Shown here: one piece after another, positions 28,092-37,557 of the stretch
Numbering within the stretch: position 1 is the first letter of the stretch
Layout of the letters: the number at the start of each line of letters is the position of its first letter
From: an uncultured Candidatus Saccharibacteria bacterium
Lineage (GTDB): Bacteria > Patescibacteriota > Minisyncoccia > Phycocordibacterales > UBA9973
Assembly: GCA_964441495.1 (NCBI GenBank)
Contig: CAYTXV010000003.1
Location: 3,137-67,136 of the forward strand
Length of the DNA: 64,000 nt
Reading direction: 5' to 3'
Program-made: the position numbers and the translations under genes
Notes under the pieces: model-generated
The model's input: the letters and a program-made list of their open reading frames with translations, nothing else
What the model was told of the DNA's origin: nothing
Databases searched by the model: none

Positions 28092-29168
28092 TTAACGACT
28101 CAGTGGGTTTTCGATAGGGTTGGTAGTAACAGGGATAAGTTTGCGCTTCTCGACATCGCTCATGTACTCAAGGATAAACACTGCAACTGGCATCGCAACA
28201 AGCGCTCCCCAGAATCCTGCAAGGGTGATACCTACGAGGAGCGCGAGGAGGACAACGAGTGGCGGGATACCAACAACACGTTTAGAAATAATAGGATTGA
28301 GGATGTAGTTTTCGAGTTGCTGAATGACAATATAATAGATAAATACCTTAAGTCCAAGCAGTACTCCACCATCAATCACCGAAAGCAATATCGCTGGTAC
28401 CGCTGCAAAGATAATCCCAAACGGGATGAGCTCTGCGATACCTGATATCAAACCAATGAGAAATGCGTACTGTACTCCCAGGAGAGCGAGCACAATCGCC
28501 GTGATCGCGCCCACGATAAATCCGAGCAACAGCTGTCCCTTGAACCAAAGCCCGATCTTGCGCTGTGTTCTACTCCATAGATCAAGTACGTAGCGCTCAT
28601 TTTTGGAAGGAGTAAGGAGGCGCAAAAAGGTATCGATCCCCTTTTCTTGGATCGAAAGATAAAACGACATCACAATGATCAATATGAAGTTGAGTAGTCC
28701 ACCAAATGTCGATCCGATAAATGATGTTGCACCCTGCGAGAGCATTGTGCTTGCGTTTTTGACACTTGCGAGTATGTCATTGATAGATGATTGCTTGGTG
28801 ATTGTACTGACAAAATCACTTGCACCTTGGATAGATTGCTGACTGATCGTTGTATCTGTCGGCAAGTATTTAAATAGAAGTGCGAGCATATCCGAGAGCT
28901 CTCGAACAATGATCGGCACAAACGCATAAAAGATGGCAATGATGATAAGGATGATCACCGCAAAGATCATCGGTACAGAGACCATGCGATTCATCTTGTA
29001 CTTGGCAAGTGCCTGTACCCCCGCCTCAACAAACGATGCGATCACGATAGAGACAAGTACAAGCAGGAGCACATCTCGGAGCAAAAACAGTACGTATGAC
29101 GCAAAGATAAGAAGTAGTACTTTGACAATAGAGCCGGTACTCAAACGGACCGTGTTACTTTCATGCAT
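28092..29168 (-). CDS. AI-2E family transporter (PerM/UPF0118)
   Basis: 8-TM profile; AELIPFGIIFAAVPAILL and VVGIPPLVVLLALLVG blocks typical of the family. Confidence 0.85.
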   Translation of the reverse strand: MHESNTVRLSTGSIVKVLLLIFASYVLFLLRDVLLLVLVSIVIASFVEAGVQALAKYKMNRMVSVPMIFAVIILIIIAIFYAFVPIIVRELSDMLALLFKYLPTDTTISQQSIQGASDFVSTITKQSSINDILASVKNASTMLSQGATSFIGSTFGGLLNFILIIVMSFYLSIQEKGIDTFLRLLTPSKNERYVLDLWSRTQRKIGLWFKGQLLLGFIVGAITAIVLALLGVQYAFLIGLISGIAELIPFGIIFAAVPAILLSVIDGGVLLGLKVFIYYIVIQQLENYILNPIISKRVVGIPPLVVLLALLVGITLAGFWGALVAMPVAVFILEYMSDVEKRKLIPVTTNPIENPLSR

Positions 29169-29187
29169 AGAGATATCGTACCACTAG

Positions 29188-30522
29188 TTACCCCAGACGT
29201 GAAGCAATGTAGGACTCGAGATCTGCAATAGCAATGCGTTCTTGGGCACCAGTATCGCGATCTCGGACAGTAACCGTGTCGATGAGGGACGGCGTCTCTC
29301 CGAGGGTGTCAAAATCTATCACGATACACCATGGGGTACCGATCTCATCTTGGCGACGGTAGCGCTTGCCGATGTTGCCGTTGTCATCCCATGCGATAGC
29401 CCCGAACGTGCGCTTGAGCGTCCCAAATACTTCTTGAGCTTTTGCGACAAGCTCTGTTTTGTTCTTAAGAAGCGGCGAAACGCATGCTTTGTACGGAGCG
29501 ATACGCGGAGCAAGAGCAAGCACTGTACGGATATCGTCACCCTCACCTTCTTCTTTGTAACTATTTGCAAGAACTGCAAGCACAAGCCTATCAACACCGA
29601 ACGTTGGCTCGATACAGTGTGGAACAAATCGCTCTTTGGTTTCTTCATCAAAGTACGATAGGTCAGCACCACTTGCTTCTCGATGCGCAGCAAGGTCGTA
29701 ATCAGTACGGTATGCAAGTCCAAGGAGTTCCTTTTGTCCAAACGGGAAATCATACTCTGTATCAACACTTCGCTTTGAGTAGTGTGCGCGATCAGCTTCA
29801 GGGACTTCTATCTTGTGCACTTTGTCGGGAGAGAGACCGATGGTTTTGAGAAACGCCATCTGCTCATCAAAAAGTGCGTCAAATACCTCATTTACTTTGT
29901 CTTGGTCGCGCGGATCAACGAAGTATTCGATTTCCATTTGCTCAAACTCTCGTACGCGAAATACAAAGTCTCTCGGCGCAATCTCGTTACGAAACGCCTT
30001 ACCAATCTGCGCCATACCAAACGGGAGCTTGGGTTGGTATGCATCGAGAATGTTTTTGAAGTTCACAAACATACCCTGTGCAGTTTCTGGGCGAAGGTAT
30101 GAAATAGAGTCTTCACTTTCGACGGCGCCGACAGAAGTTTTGAACATCATGTTGAACTGACGCGCTTCGCCAAACGATCCTACTGCACCACATGCTGAAC
30201 AAGTATCACTCTCGAGGTGATCCGCACGAAATCGTGCATTACATTTTGCGCATTCAACCAACGGATCAGAAAATCCTCCCACGTGCCCACTTGCCTGCCA
30301 CACACGTGGGTTCATAAGTATCGCAGCATCGATACCGTACATATCGGTACGATCAGTCACAAACTGCTTCCACCAGAGCTGTTTGATATTGTTTTTGAGC
30401 GCAAGGCCAAGCGGTCCATAGTCCCACGTCCCGGCGAGTCCCCCATAGATCTCCGATCCTTGAAAGATAAAGCCTCGGCGCTTACAGAGACTGACGAGTT
30501 GTTCCATGGTGGGGGTGTTCAT
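29188..30522 (-). CDS. glyQS: Glycyl-tRNA synthetase (dimeric class II, GlyQS type)
   Basis: LCKRRGFIFQGSEIYGGLAGTWDYGPLG; FRNEIAPR; CIEPTFGVDR. Confidence 0.95.
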   Translation of the reverse strand: MNTPTMEQLVSLCKRRGFIFQGSEIYGGLAGTWDYGPLGLALKNNIKQLWWKQFVTDRTDMYGIDAAILMNPRVWQASGHVGGFSDPLVECAKCNARFRADHLESDTCSACGAVGSFGEARQFNMMFKTSVGAVESEDSISYLRPETAQGMFVNFKNILDAYQPKLPFGMAQIGKAFRNEIAPRDFVFRVREFEQMEIEYFVDPRDQDKVNEVFDALFDEQMAFLKTIGLSPDKVHKIEVPEADRAHYSKRSVDTEYDFPFGQKELLGLAYRTDYDLAAHREASGADLSYFDEETKERFVPHCIEPTFGVDRLVLAVLANSYKEEGEGDDIRTVLALAPRIAPYKACVSPLLKNKTELVAKAQEVFGTLKRTFGAIAWDDNGNIGKRYRRQDEIGTPWCIVIDFDTLGETPSLIDTVTVRDRDTGAQERIAIADLESYIASRLG

Positions 30523-30528
30523 AGGTCC

Positions 30529-32412
30529 CTATCGTACCACACGATCGGCTCCTTCGGTATAGATGGGGTCAGTGGCAAATTTGGTGGTAAGTTTAGGTCT
30601 TGTTGAGACAATATTTGTCTGAGTTACTGCATCAGTTGCCGAGACGGTAGTATCTCCGAGGAGCATAATGTCACTTCCTACCGCGGATCGAGTCGGTTTG
30701 TTTGCAACCTGAAACGATACAGAACGACTCTTTGGAGTACTTGTAAGTGCTTTGGGGAGCACACCGACGTTCCAAGTCACGATGCGTGTATCGGGGTTGT
30801 ATGAGATGGTCTCAGTGCTCGGTATTATCGTCCCTGTCCAGCTGACACCTTGCGGGAGCTCAGCACTTGCAACAACATTGGTAAGTGGGTTTTCTGATGG
30901 GAGGACGGTCCACATGATCGTGTACGTTGTCTGCGCATCTGCTTTGGGTGGATACGGACCAGAATTTTTGATAGGACCTATAGAGTAGAGCGACTGTGCG
31001 GCGAACTGTATGTTTGATGCAAAGCGTACTGTTTTGGTATCGATGTTCTCGATGGTGCCCACACGTCCACCCTGATCAGGAACAGTACCCTGGATGGAGA
31101 GCGCGAGAGTGACATCCTTACCTATCTCAGTGGGGGTAAATCCAAACGACAGTGTCCCCTTTGCACCAGAGGGAAGCGCGACGAGTCCCGGATCTGAATC
31201 TGCTGTCCAAGTGATAGTGCGCGTCAGTGGATCATAATAGCTGTTGGGAGCAGTCAGTGAGTTTACATCTATCGCGCCTCCACCAAGAACAAGTGAAAAG
31301 GTCGGATTGGTGATTGTGTAGGACGAGTTATTGACCCAGGAGACAGTGCCATTGATGTCGCTCCCGATAGTGAGCGCGATGGTATCATCTGTTTTGCCAT
31401 CAACAGCGATCGAGCCTGCAACAAACGGTTCTGCTATCTTGAGTGTCGAAAGGACTGAGTTGTACGCAACAGCAATCTTGGTGCTCGTTGCATCCGGTGG
31501 CGTACCCACATAGATACGAAATGCCTTTTCATCATTGATCTCTCCGAGAAGTTTACCCTGGATCGATATGGTACGTTGATCGCCCTTTTGTAAATCACCG
31601 AGATTCCAGACATTGTTGCCACTCATCGGCGCAGGTGTTGCAGATTGAAACACAAACCCGTTTGGATACTCGACACGTGCAATCACACTCGGGAGCATCT
31701 TGTCTCCAGAAAACGAGTTGGTGATGTTGAGTGTAAACGTTTGATTTGCAACAACAGCACTTGGTACATCGACGACAAGTCCAACAGGGCTTGAACTTAC
31801 CATCACCGAAAACGTTGCCTCTTTTTGAAATGTTGCAGTCGATCCTTCGAGCTGATACGTGAGGAGTGCAGTGAGCGTGCGACTGATACCCTGCTCTCCA
31901 TAGAGGATTGCGGTGAAGTCTTCGCTACGCGTCTTGCCAGAGCCGACAGTACCTATCGTACGCTCGATGCGCATCACATCAGAACCCGTCTCATCGGTTG
32001 CACCCTTGGGATAGTTGAGTGTGAGGACTGCATTTACGAGGTTTGCAGCGTTTTTGTTTGCTATCCCCACCTGGATGGGAAGCTCTTCGCCACCTGCAAC
32101 AAATGAATTCCCGAGGATGACGAGGTCGACGTTTTTGCTCGAGAGTGTCACCGCACCACGATAGAGCGAAAAGAATGCCGCTCCAAGCGCTGCCAAGAAA
32201 AACAGGAGCGCAATCACAAAAAATCGCTTATATCCCGCAACCGATCGACGAAGTGTGATTGGTTCTTCGGGAAGTGATGTCGATCCCCATGCTGATTGCA
32301 CCTTTTGCTTGATCGGGTGCAAGATACCAAACTTACGCTTGGGCAAGTTGTCAGGGTCGCGTGTATAGAGTCGCTGTTGCAACTGTGCGATATGGTCTAT
32401 GTCTTCGGACAT
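30529..32412 (-). CDS. Hypothetical membrane-anchored protein with repeated Ig-like/beta-sandwich domains
   Basis: 627 aa; cytoplasmic N-tail, one TM (FFVIALLFFLAALGAAFFSL), then T/S/V-rich repeated beta segments. Confidence 0.65.
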   Translation of the reverse strand: MSEDIDHIAQLQQRLYTRDPDNLPKRKFGILHPIKQKVQSAWGSTSLPEEPITLRRSVAGYKRFFVIALLFFLAALGAAFFSLYRGAVTLSSKNVDLVILGNSFVAGGEELPIQVGIANKNAANLVNAVLTLNYPKGATDETGSDVMRIERTIGTVGSGKTRSEDFTAILYGEQGISRTLTALLTYQLEGSTATFQKEATFSVMVSSSPVGLVVDVPSAVVANQTFTLNITNSFSGDKMLPSVIARVEYPNGFVFQSATPAPMSGNNVWNLGDLQKGDQRTISIQGKLLGEINDEKAFRIYVGTPPDATSTKIAVAYNSVLSTLKIAEPFVAGSIAVDGKTDDTIALTIGSDINGTVSWVNNSSYTITNPTFSLVLGGGAIDVNSLTAPNSYYDPLTRTITWTADSDPGLVALPSGAKGTLSFGFTPTEIGKDVTLALSIQGTVPDQGGRVGTIENIDTKTVRFASNIQFAAQSLYSIGPIKNSGPYPPKADAQTTYTIMWTVLPSENPLTNVVASAELPQGVSWTGTIIPSTETISYNPDTRIVTWNVGVLPKALTSTPKSRSVSFQVANKPTRSAVGSDIMLLGDTTVSATDAVTQTNIVSTRPKLTTKFATDPIYTEGADRVVR

Positions 32413-32438
32413 ACTACGCTACAGTATAGCAAAGATAC

Positions 32439-32990
32439 TCACAGATGCGTCTGTTTGATTGTTTCGTTTACTGTGTGCACGAGTGCGGTGATAGCAGCAT
32501 CGTCGAGCGAGCGCGCCGCATCAGTAAAGGGTGCGGTGATTGTTCCATCGATATATCCCAGATGCACCAGTATCCGCCATATCGCAAGCGCATCGTATGC
32601 ACGCGGATCGAGCCCGCTACCCATCGCACGCGCAATTTCTAGGATATGTGCAAAGAGTGCTCGGTGTTCCCCTTCATCCACAAGAAACCGCACGAGTGTC
32701 CCAAGCGCGCGCACGTATGGCCTCACGCAAGGACTGCGTGTATCTGTGATCGGGTTGTACAACGCTGTCGCAGAAACAAGTCTCCAGACATCTCTCCCCT
32801 GTACTAGATCGACATCGACAAAGGCGTACTCAACGAGTTGACTCTTGAGTTTGGCAGTAGGTTTGCGGATCCCTGTTGTCACTGCACGTACAAGTCCAAA
32901 GTCCTCGGTGAAAAGCCACCATGTCTTGTCGTACTCACCGCGTGGTTCGCTCTTGAGTATGACCGCCTTTGTATGATGAATCGTGTGCAT
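32439..32990 (-). CDS. recO: DNA repair protein RecO (short form)
   Basis: HHTKAVILKSEPRGEYDKTWWLFTEDFGLVRAVTTGIRKPTAKLKSQL resembles RecO N-terminal OB-fold; only 183 aa. Confidence 0.65.
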   Translation of the reverse strand: MHTIHHTKAVILKSEPRGEYDKTWWLFTEDFGLVRAVTTGIRKPTAKLKSQLVEYAFVDVDLVQGRDVWRLVSATALYNPITDTRSPCVRPYVRALGTLVRFLVDEGEHRALFAHILEIARAMGSGLDPRAYDALAIWRILVHLGYIDGTITAPFTDAARSLDDAAITALVHTVNETIKQTHL

Positions 32991-33009
32991 GTGTCTGTAT
33001 TGTACACCC

Positions 33010-33037
33010 TTGACTTTTATGAGTTTTCTGATATTTT
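33010..33037 (+). promoter_or_regulatory. Sigma70-like promoter (TTGACT-N16-TATTTT)
   Basis: TTGACT 33010-33015, TATTTT 33032-33037, 18 nt before ATG 33056. Confidence 0.4.
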
Positions 33038-33055
33038 GTAAAAAACTTTATCCCC

Positions 33056-33397
33056 ATGCTCGTTGTAAAAATTTACTACCCAAACAGACAATTCACCAAA
33101 ATCTCTCAACGTAAACACTTCTCTGAAGAACTGGAAGAAATAATCAAAAGTGCTTCTCCTCCAAAAACAGAGGTATGTTTTTATTTTTTAAAAACAGAAA
33201 AGTACACCCCAAAACAGGAAAACATCCTTGTAGAAATCGATGCCTGTAGTAAAAAGGGTTCTTTTCATATCAAAAAAATTGAATCTCGGGTATCCGAGTT
33301 TTTAAAAAATCGTTTCGGTGATGTTACTCTCAAGGTAACGAGTGCTGTGCATAGCAACTTTCATCATCTCAAAAACCTGCAAGTTACTAAAAAATAA
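33056..33397 (+). CDS. Hypothetical protein (113 aa), AT-rich
   Basis: ORF with own promoter-like element and strong terminator; no family recognised. Confidence 0.5.
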   Translation: MLVVKIYYPNRQFTKISQRKHFSEELEEIIKSASPPKTEVCFYFLKTEKYTPKQENILVEIDACSKKGSFHIKKIESRVSEFLKNRFGDVTLKVTSAVHSNFHHLKNLQVTKK

Positions 33398-33412
33398 CTT
33401 GTAAGCTTCCCT

Positions 33413-33439
33413 GCCGCCCTTTTCTGGGGCGGCTTTTTT
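33413..33439 (+). terminator. Rho-independent terminator
   Basis: GCCGCCC-ttttct-GGGGCGGC stem followed by TTTTTT. Confidence 0.8.
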
Positions 33440-34001
33440 ATTTCAAAATCTCTTCGAGGAGTTCTGGAAACTCTGACACGCCATCTTCTGATGTGAAGTG
33501 TCCTTTGGTGGTAAATTCTTTCACTACTATCTCTGGTAGAGCATCTTTTACTTTTTTCACACTCTCAAGTATACCCCCCTCATCATCAGTAGAATAAAAC
33601 ATCACTACCCTACCTACTTTGTGTGTAAGCCGAGGATCAATAGTAAATTCAGAAAACCCAACCTCAACAGGATAGTTTGGTGTGATCGAGGGCGCAACGA
33701 GCATCACTTTGCCAACGCGCACATCGTGCTCTGAAAGCCACCGCAAGAGAAACGCTCCTCCTCGACTGTGCCCGACAAGCACTGTGTCTTGATCGATCGG
33801 ATATGTTTCAAGCACTTCTTGCCAATCCTCATATCTCGGTTCATATGGTCGAGGCATCTCGGGTATATATGCTTGATACCCACGTGCTTCAAGTGATCGC
33901 TTGAGCCATGGCAGCCAGTGCGCTTCTGTCGGCTTTGGGAGCGTGCCGTCAAAATACTCTTCCTTGTCTGGCCTGCCGTGAATGATTATTGCGGTTTTCA
34001 T
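33438..34001 (-). CDS. Alpha/beta serine hydrolase (YdeN/RBBP9-like)
   Basis: IIIHGRPDKEEY..., nucleophile elbow LVGHSRGG, ~190 aa size typical of the PF06821 family. Confidence 0.75.
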   Translation of the reverse strand: MKTAIIIHGRPDKEEYFDGTLPKPTEAHWLPWLKRSLEARGYQAYIPEMPRPYEPRYEDWQEVLETYPIDQDTVLVGHSRGGAFLLRWLSEHDVRVGKVMLVAPSITPNYPVEVGFSEFTIDPRLTHKVGRVVMFYSTDDEGGILESVKKVKDALPEIVVKEFTTKGHFTSEDGVSEFPELLEEILK

Positions 34002-34002
34002 G

Positions 34003-37000
34003 TTACTCGATACTTATCTCTCCCCCACCTAGCACAACTTCTTGTGCACCTACTGTTTTTTTCAATTCCTCACCAAACTTCTCATATATCTCTTGATACT
34101 GAGTCGGGAGCGTAAGCGTGATCATATCTTGTGGCATGAGGCCCTTTTCTTTGCGCAGATCTTGGATCATGCGGATGAGTTCGCGGTAGTCACCTTCGAG
34201 TTTGAGGTCAGGAGTAATGGTCATATCAAATCCAATTTCTCCTACCTTGATTTCTTTTACGTTCAACTCATCTTTGAGTAATTCATAATATGACTCCAAT
34301 CCTTCTGTGTTGATCGTAAATGATTGAAGTGGTTGGCGCACGGGCACTGCTTCTTTTTTTCGAAGTGCATTTCCTTCGGTGCAAAGATCTCTGACTTTTT
34401 GCATATCTACAGTTATTTTTTCATCCACACTTCCCGCTTGTGGCCACACGCTCAAATGCACGCTCTCTTCATCATTTTCTAGTTTCAATTTCTGCCAGAG
34501 GTCTTCTGCCATAAACGGTGCAAATGGCGCAAGGAGTTGTGCAGTGGTTTTGAGTACTGCATATAGAGTACTTTTGGCATCTATATCTCCATCCTTGAGA
34601 CGATCACGACTTCGGCGCAGGTACCATGTGGAGAGATCATCGATGAAGTCTCGCAGGATACGTGTCGGGGTAAACAGATCATACGCATCAAGACCTTGTG
34701 TCACTTCTATCGTCGCCTGAGCGAGTCGTGCCATGATCCACTGATCGAGGACATGCGTGCTTTCTTTTGCGGCTCCCTCTACCGCTGTATCACGATACTG
34801 TTCGTAGAATGCATACACATTGCCGAGCAGGTTGAATACTTTGTTGTTGATCTCTGCGACTGACTTTTCGTCATAGTTCTTACCTTCTCCAGGAGCATTG
34901 ACTGAATACATCCAGTAGCGCACTGCGTCTACTCCAAACTTCTCGATCTGATCAAACGGTTCAATCACGTTGCCGACTGACTTACTCATCTTCTTGCCGT
35001 CTTTGTCGAGCAAGTGCCCGAGACAGATCACGTTCTTGTACGGCGTGCCGCGCCCCATGAGCACACCCACTGCAAGGAGTGTATAGAACCACCCGCGTGT
35101 CTGATCGATCGCTTCAGATATGAAGTCTGCTGGATATGGCAAATCGTCCTTGTGCTCAAACGGATAGTGATCTTGCGCAAACGGCATCGAGCCACTATCA
35201 AACCACACGTCCATCACCTCTTTGACACGCGTGTAGTCTTTGCCATCTTTGTGGAGGATGACATCGTCGATATGTGGACGGTGTAAGTCAAGCTCGTACT
35301 CCTCGTTGTGTGGAAGTGGTACGAAATCAATCTGTCTGATTTCTGCATTATCAAAGTTGCGATATGCACGCGTCTCATCAAACAGCTTGTCCAATGAAAC
35401 ACCTTTGGCATGCAGATCAAGCGCGCGAGTCACTGCGCCATGTGAGATGATGAGTATCTTTTTGCCCTGATACTGCCGTTCAATATCGTAGATACACGCA
35501 CCTGCTCGAGCAAGCACCTGTGCATATGATTCACCATCTACTGTTTTGAACTTGTACCGATCATCGCTTGCGTTTCGCAGTGCAAAAAAGTCTTCATGCA
35601 CCTTACCATTGAACTCACGTCCCACATTCCATTCACCGATTCGCGCATCGGTGATGATTTGAGCTGGATCCATACCAAGCACTTCTGCGACAAGACGTGC
35701 AGTTTCTTGGGTACGAGCAAATGGTGATGCAATAATGAGGTCGACACTACCGAGAGTAGTTGCCGCAGTGTGCACCTGCTCCCTACCTTGTGCAGTGAGA
35801 GGATCTGCAGAAGTACTGTCTATACTCCAAATGTTTTGGGTGTTGCTCTGTGACTGGCCATGGCGCATCACGTAGTAGGTGTTACCAGACTTCTTGGCAT
35901 ACTGCTTGAGCGTCGCGACACTATCGACGACGATGCGCTCACCATCACTGCTCTGCCAGATCGGAAGCGGTGTCCCCCAGTATCGCTCACGCGAGATTGC
36001 CCAGTCTTTGAGTCCATCGAGCCACTCACCAAATCGCCCTTCACGGATATGCGCTGGCTCCCAGTTGATAGTGTTGTTTTCTGCGATGAGCTTGTCTTTG
36101 AGAGAAGACATACGGATATACCACGAGTCACGCGCGTAGTAGATGAGCGCAGTCTTGCATCTCCAACAGTGTGGATATGAGTGTTCGTACTTTTCTTTTT
36201 TGAACAAGAGTCCTCTGTGTGCCAAGTCTTTGATGATATCGACTGCAACCTCTTCGTCTTTGACAAAGCGCCCTTTCAAGAAATCGATATCGCAGGTGAA
36301 GTGCCCTGCCTCGTCCACAGTATGCACCTTGGGGAGCTGGTGCTTGGTCGCAACCTCAAAGTCATCTGCTCCATACATCGACGCGATGTGCACGATACCG
36401 GTACCATCACTTGTGGTCACAAAGTCTGCTGCATAGACTTTGTATGAGTGTTCTGACTGAAGTGCTGGTACAGCATAGAGCGGGGTGTACTCCATGCCCA
36501 CCATCTCACTTCCCTTGTGCTGAGCAACGATTTCGTATTCTGTCCCGATCACCGAAAGCCTATCTTTTGCAACAACAAGTATTTCATCTCCCACTTTTGC
36601 TTCCACATACTCGATATCACTTCCAACAGCAAGCGCAACATTGCCCGGAAGCGTCCACGGAGTCGTTGTCCATGCGACAAAGTACGCGTTTTCAAATCCT
36701 TTGATTGGGAACTTCGCGTAGACCGTGAGGTCCTTGTCATCTTGATATCCTTGTGCAAGCTCGTGTGATGCAAGTGTCGTACCACAGCGCGCGCACCATG
36801 GGAGCACGCGATAGTCTTTGTACAGGAGCCCATCATTGTGCACCTTGGCGATGATAGACCAGAGACCTTCCATATAGGAGGCATTGAACGTGTAGTACGC
36901 ACTGCGCTTGTCGACCCAGTAGCCGATACGATCGGTGAAGTCTTCCCAGTCTTTGATGTAGGTAAACACTGAGTCCTTGCAGGCTTTGTTGAACGCGGCG

Positions 37001-37350
37001 ATGCCGTAGGTTTCGATATCTTTTTTGTTTGTAAGTCCGAGCGCCTTTTCGATCTGAAGCTCTACCGGGAGTCCGTGCGTGTCCCACCCTGCTCTTCGTG
37101 GTACATAAAACCCTTGCATCGTTTTGTACCGCGGGATCACATCTTTGAATGCACGCGCTTCGAGGTGGTGCAGTGCTGGCTTTGCGTTTGCGGTCGGTGG
37201 TCCTTCAAAGAACACAAATTCTTTTTGTCCTTTGTTCTTTGCAACAGTCTTTTCAAAAATCTTGTTTTCCTTCCAAAACTCAAGTACCGCCTCTTCGCGA
37301 AGCGCTGCGCTACTTTTTTGTCTTGATGTGTGTGTGTCTGTTTGTTCCAT
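34003..37350 (-). CDS. ileS: Isoleucyl-tRNA synthetase carrying an internal histidine-phosphatase domain
   Basis: Start set to ATG 37350 (MEQTDTH), downstream of the T-box leader; PPTANAKPALHH (HIGH), KMSKSVGN, WCARC / CWRC motifs, editing-domain TTTPWTLPGN; 1115 aa. Confidence 0.93.
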   Translation of the reverse strand: MEQTDTHTSRQKSSAALREEAVLEFWKENKIFEKTVAKNKGQKEFVFFEGPPTANAKPALHHLEARAFKDVIPRYKTMQGFYVPRRAGWDTHGLPVELQIEKALGLTNKKDIETYGIAAFNKACKDSVFTYIKDWEDFTDRIGYWVDKRSAYYTFNASYMEGLWSIIAKVHNDGLLYKDYRVLPWCARCGTTLASHELAQGYQDDKDLTVYAKFPIKGFENAYFVAWTTTPWTLPGNVALAVGSDIEYVEAKVGDEILVVAKDRLSVIGTEYEIVAQHKGSEMVGMEYTPLYAVPALQSEHSYKVYAADFVTTSDGTGIVHIASMYGADDFEVATKHQLPKVHTVDEAGHFTCDIDFLKGRFVKDEEVAVDIIKDLAHRGLLFKKEKYEHSYPHCWRCKTALIYYARDSWYIRMSSLKDKLIAENNTINWEPAHIREGRFGEWLDGLKDWAISRERYWGTPLPIWQSSDGERIVVDSVATLKQYAKKSGNTYYVMRHGQSQSNTQNIWSIDSTSADPLTAQGREQVHTAATTLGSVDLIIASPFARTQETARLVAEVLGMDPAQIITDARIGEWNVGREFNGKVHEDFFALRNASDDRYKFKTVDGESYAQVLARAGACIYDIERQYQGKKILIISHGAVTRALDLHAKGVSLDKLFDETRAYRNFDNAEIRQIDFVPLPHNEEYELDLHRPHIDDVILHKDGKDYTRVKEVMDVWFDSGSMPFAQDHYPFEHKDDLPYPADFISEAIDQTRGWFYTLLAVGVLMGRGTPYKNVICLGHLLDKDGKKMSKSVGNVIEPFDQIEKFGVDAVRYWMYSVNAPGEGKNYDEKSVAEINNKVFNLLGNVYAFYEQYRDTAVEGAAKESTHVLDQWIMARLAQATIEVTQGLDAYDLFTPTRILRDFIDDLSTWYLRRSRDRLKDGDIDAKSTLYAVLKTTAQLLAPFAPFMAEDLWQKLKLENDEESVHLSVWPQAGSVDEKITVDMQKVRDLCTEGNALRKKEAVPVRQPLQSFTINTEGLESYYELLKDELNVKEIKVGEIGFDMTITPDLKLEGDYRELIRMIQDLRKEKGLMPQDMITLTLPTQYQEIYEKFGEELKKTVGAQEVVLGGGEISIE
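35326..35883 (-). other. Histidine phosphatase (phosphoglycerate-mutase-like) domain nested within IleRS
   Basis: YYVMRHGQSQSN (RHG), LTAQGREQ, IASPFARTQETA, RIGEWNVG, DGESYAQV, ILIISHGAVTRAL; in frame between YWGTPLPIW and DLHRPHIDD...VWFDSGSMP. Confidence 0.85.
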
Positions 37351-37540
37351 ATATAAAATAAAACTCGCCCTTAGAAAATAATCATGTTGACTACTTTCCA
37401 AGGACGAGTCTCTAGGTATAGAGTCGTGGTACCACCTTGGTTACTTCTCATTTGGATGGGTTCTACTCCCCTCTTATCAGGTTTCTTCCCAGAAGCTCGG
37501 GGTTGATAGCCCCTCAGACGCTTATGTCACCATACTACCA
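37351..37540 (-). promoter_or_regulatory. T-box riboswitch leader (Ile specifier) with its promoter, controlling ileS
   Basis: Minus strand: TGGTAGTAT -10 (37540-37532); hairpin GGGG-CUAUCAA-CCCC with AUC+A in the loop (37513-37499); T-box core GGUGGUACCACG (37436-37425); antiterminator CCAAGG[UGGUACC]...CCUUGG; alternative ACUCGUCC/GGGCGAGU helix followed by UUUAUUUU. Confidence 0.8.
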
Positions 37541-37557
37541 CACCGTGCTTGGTGTTG

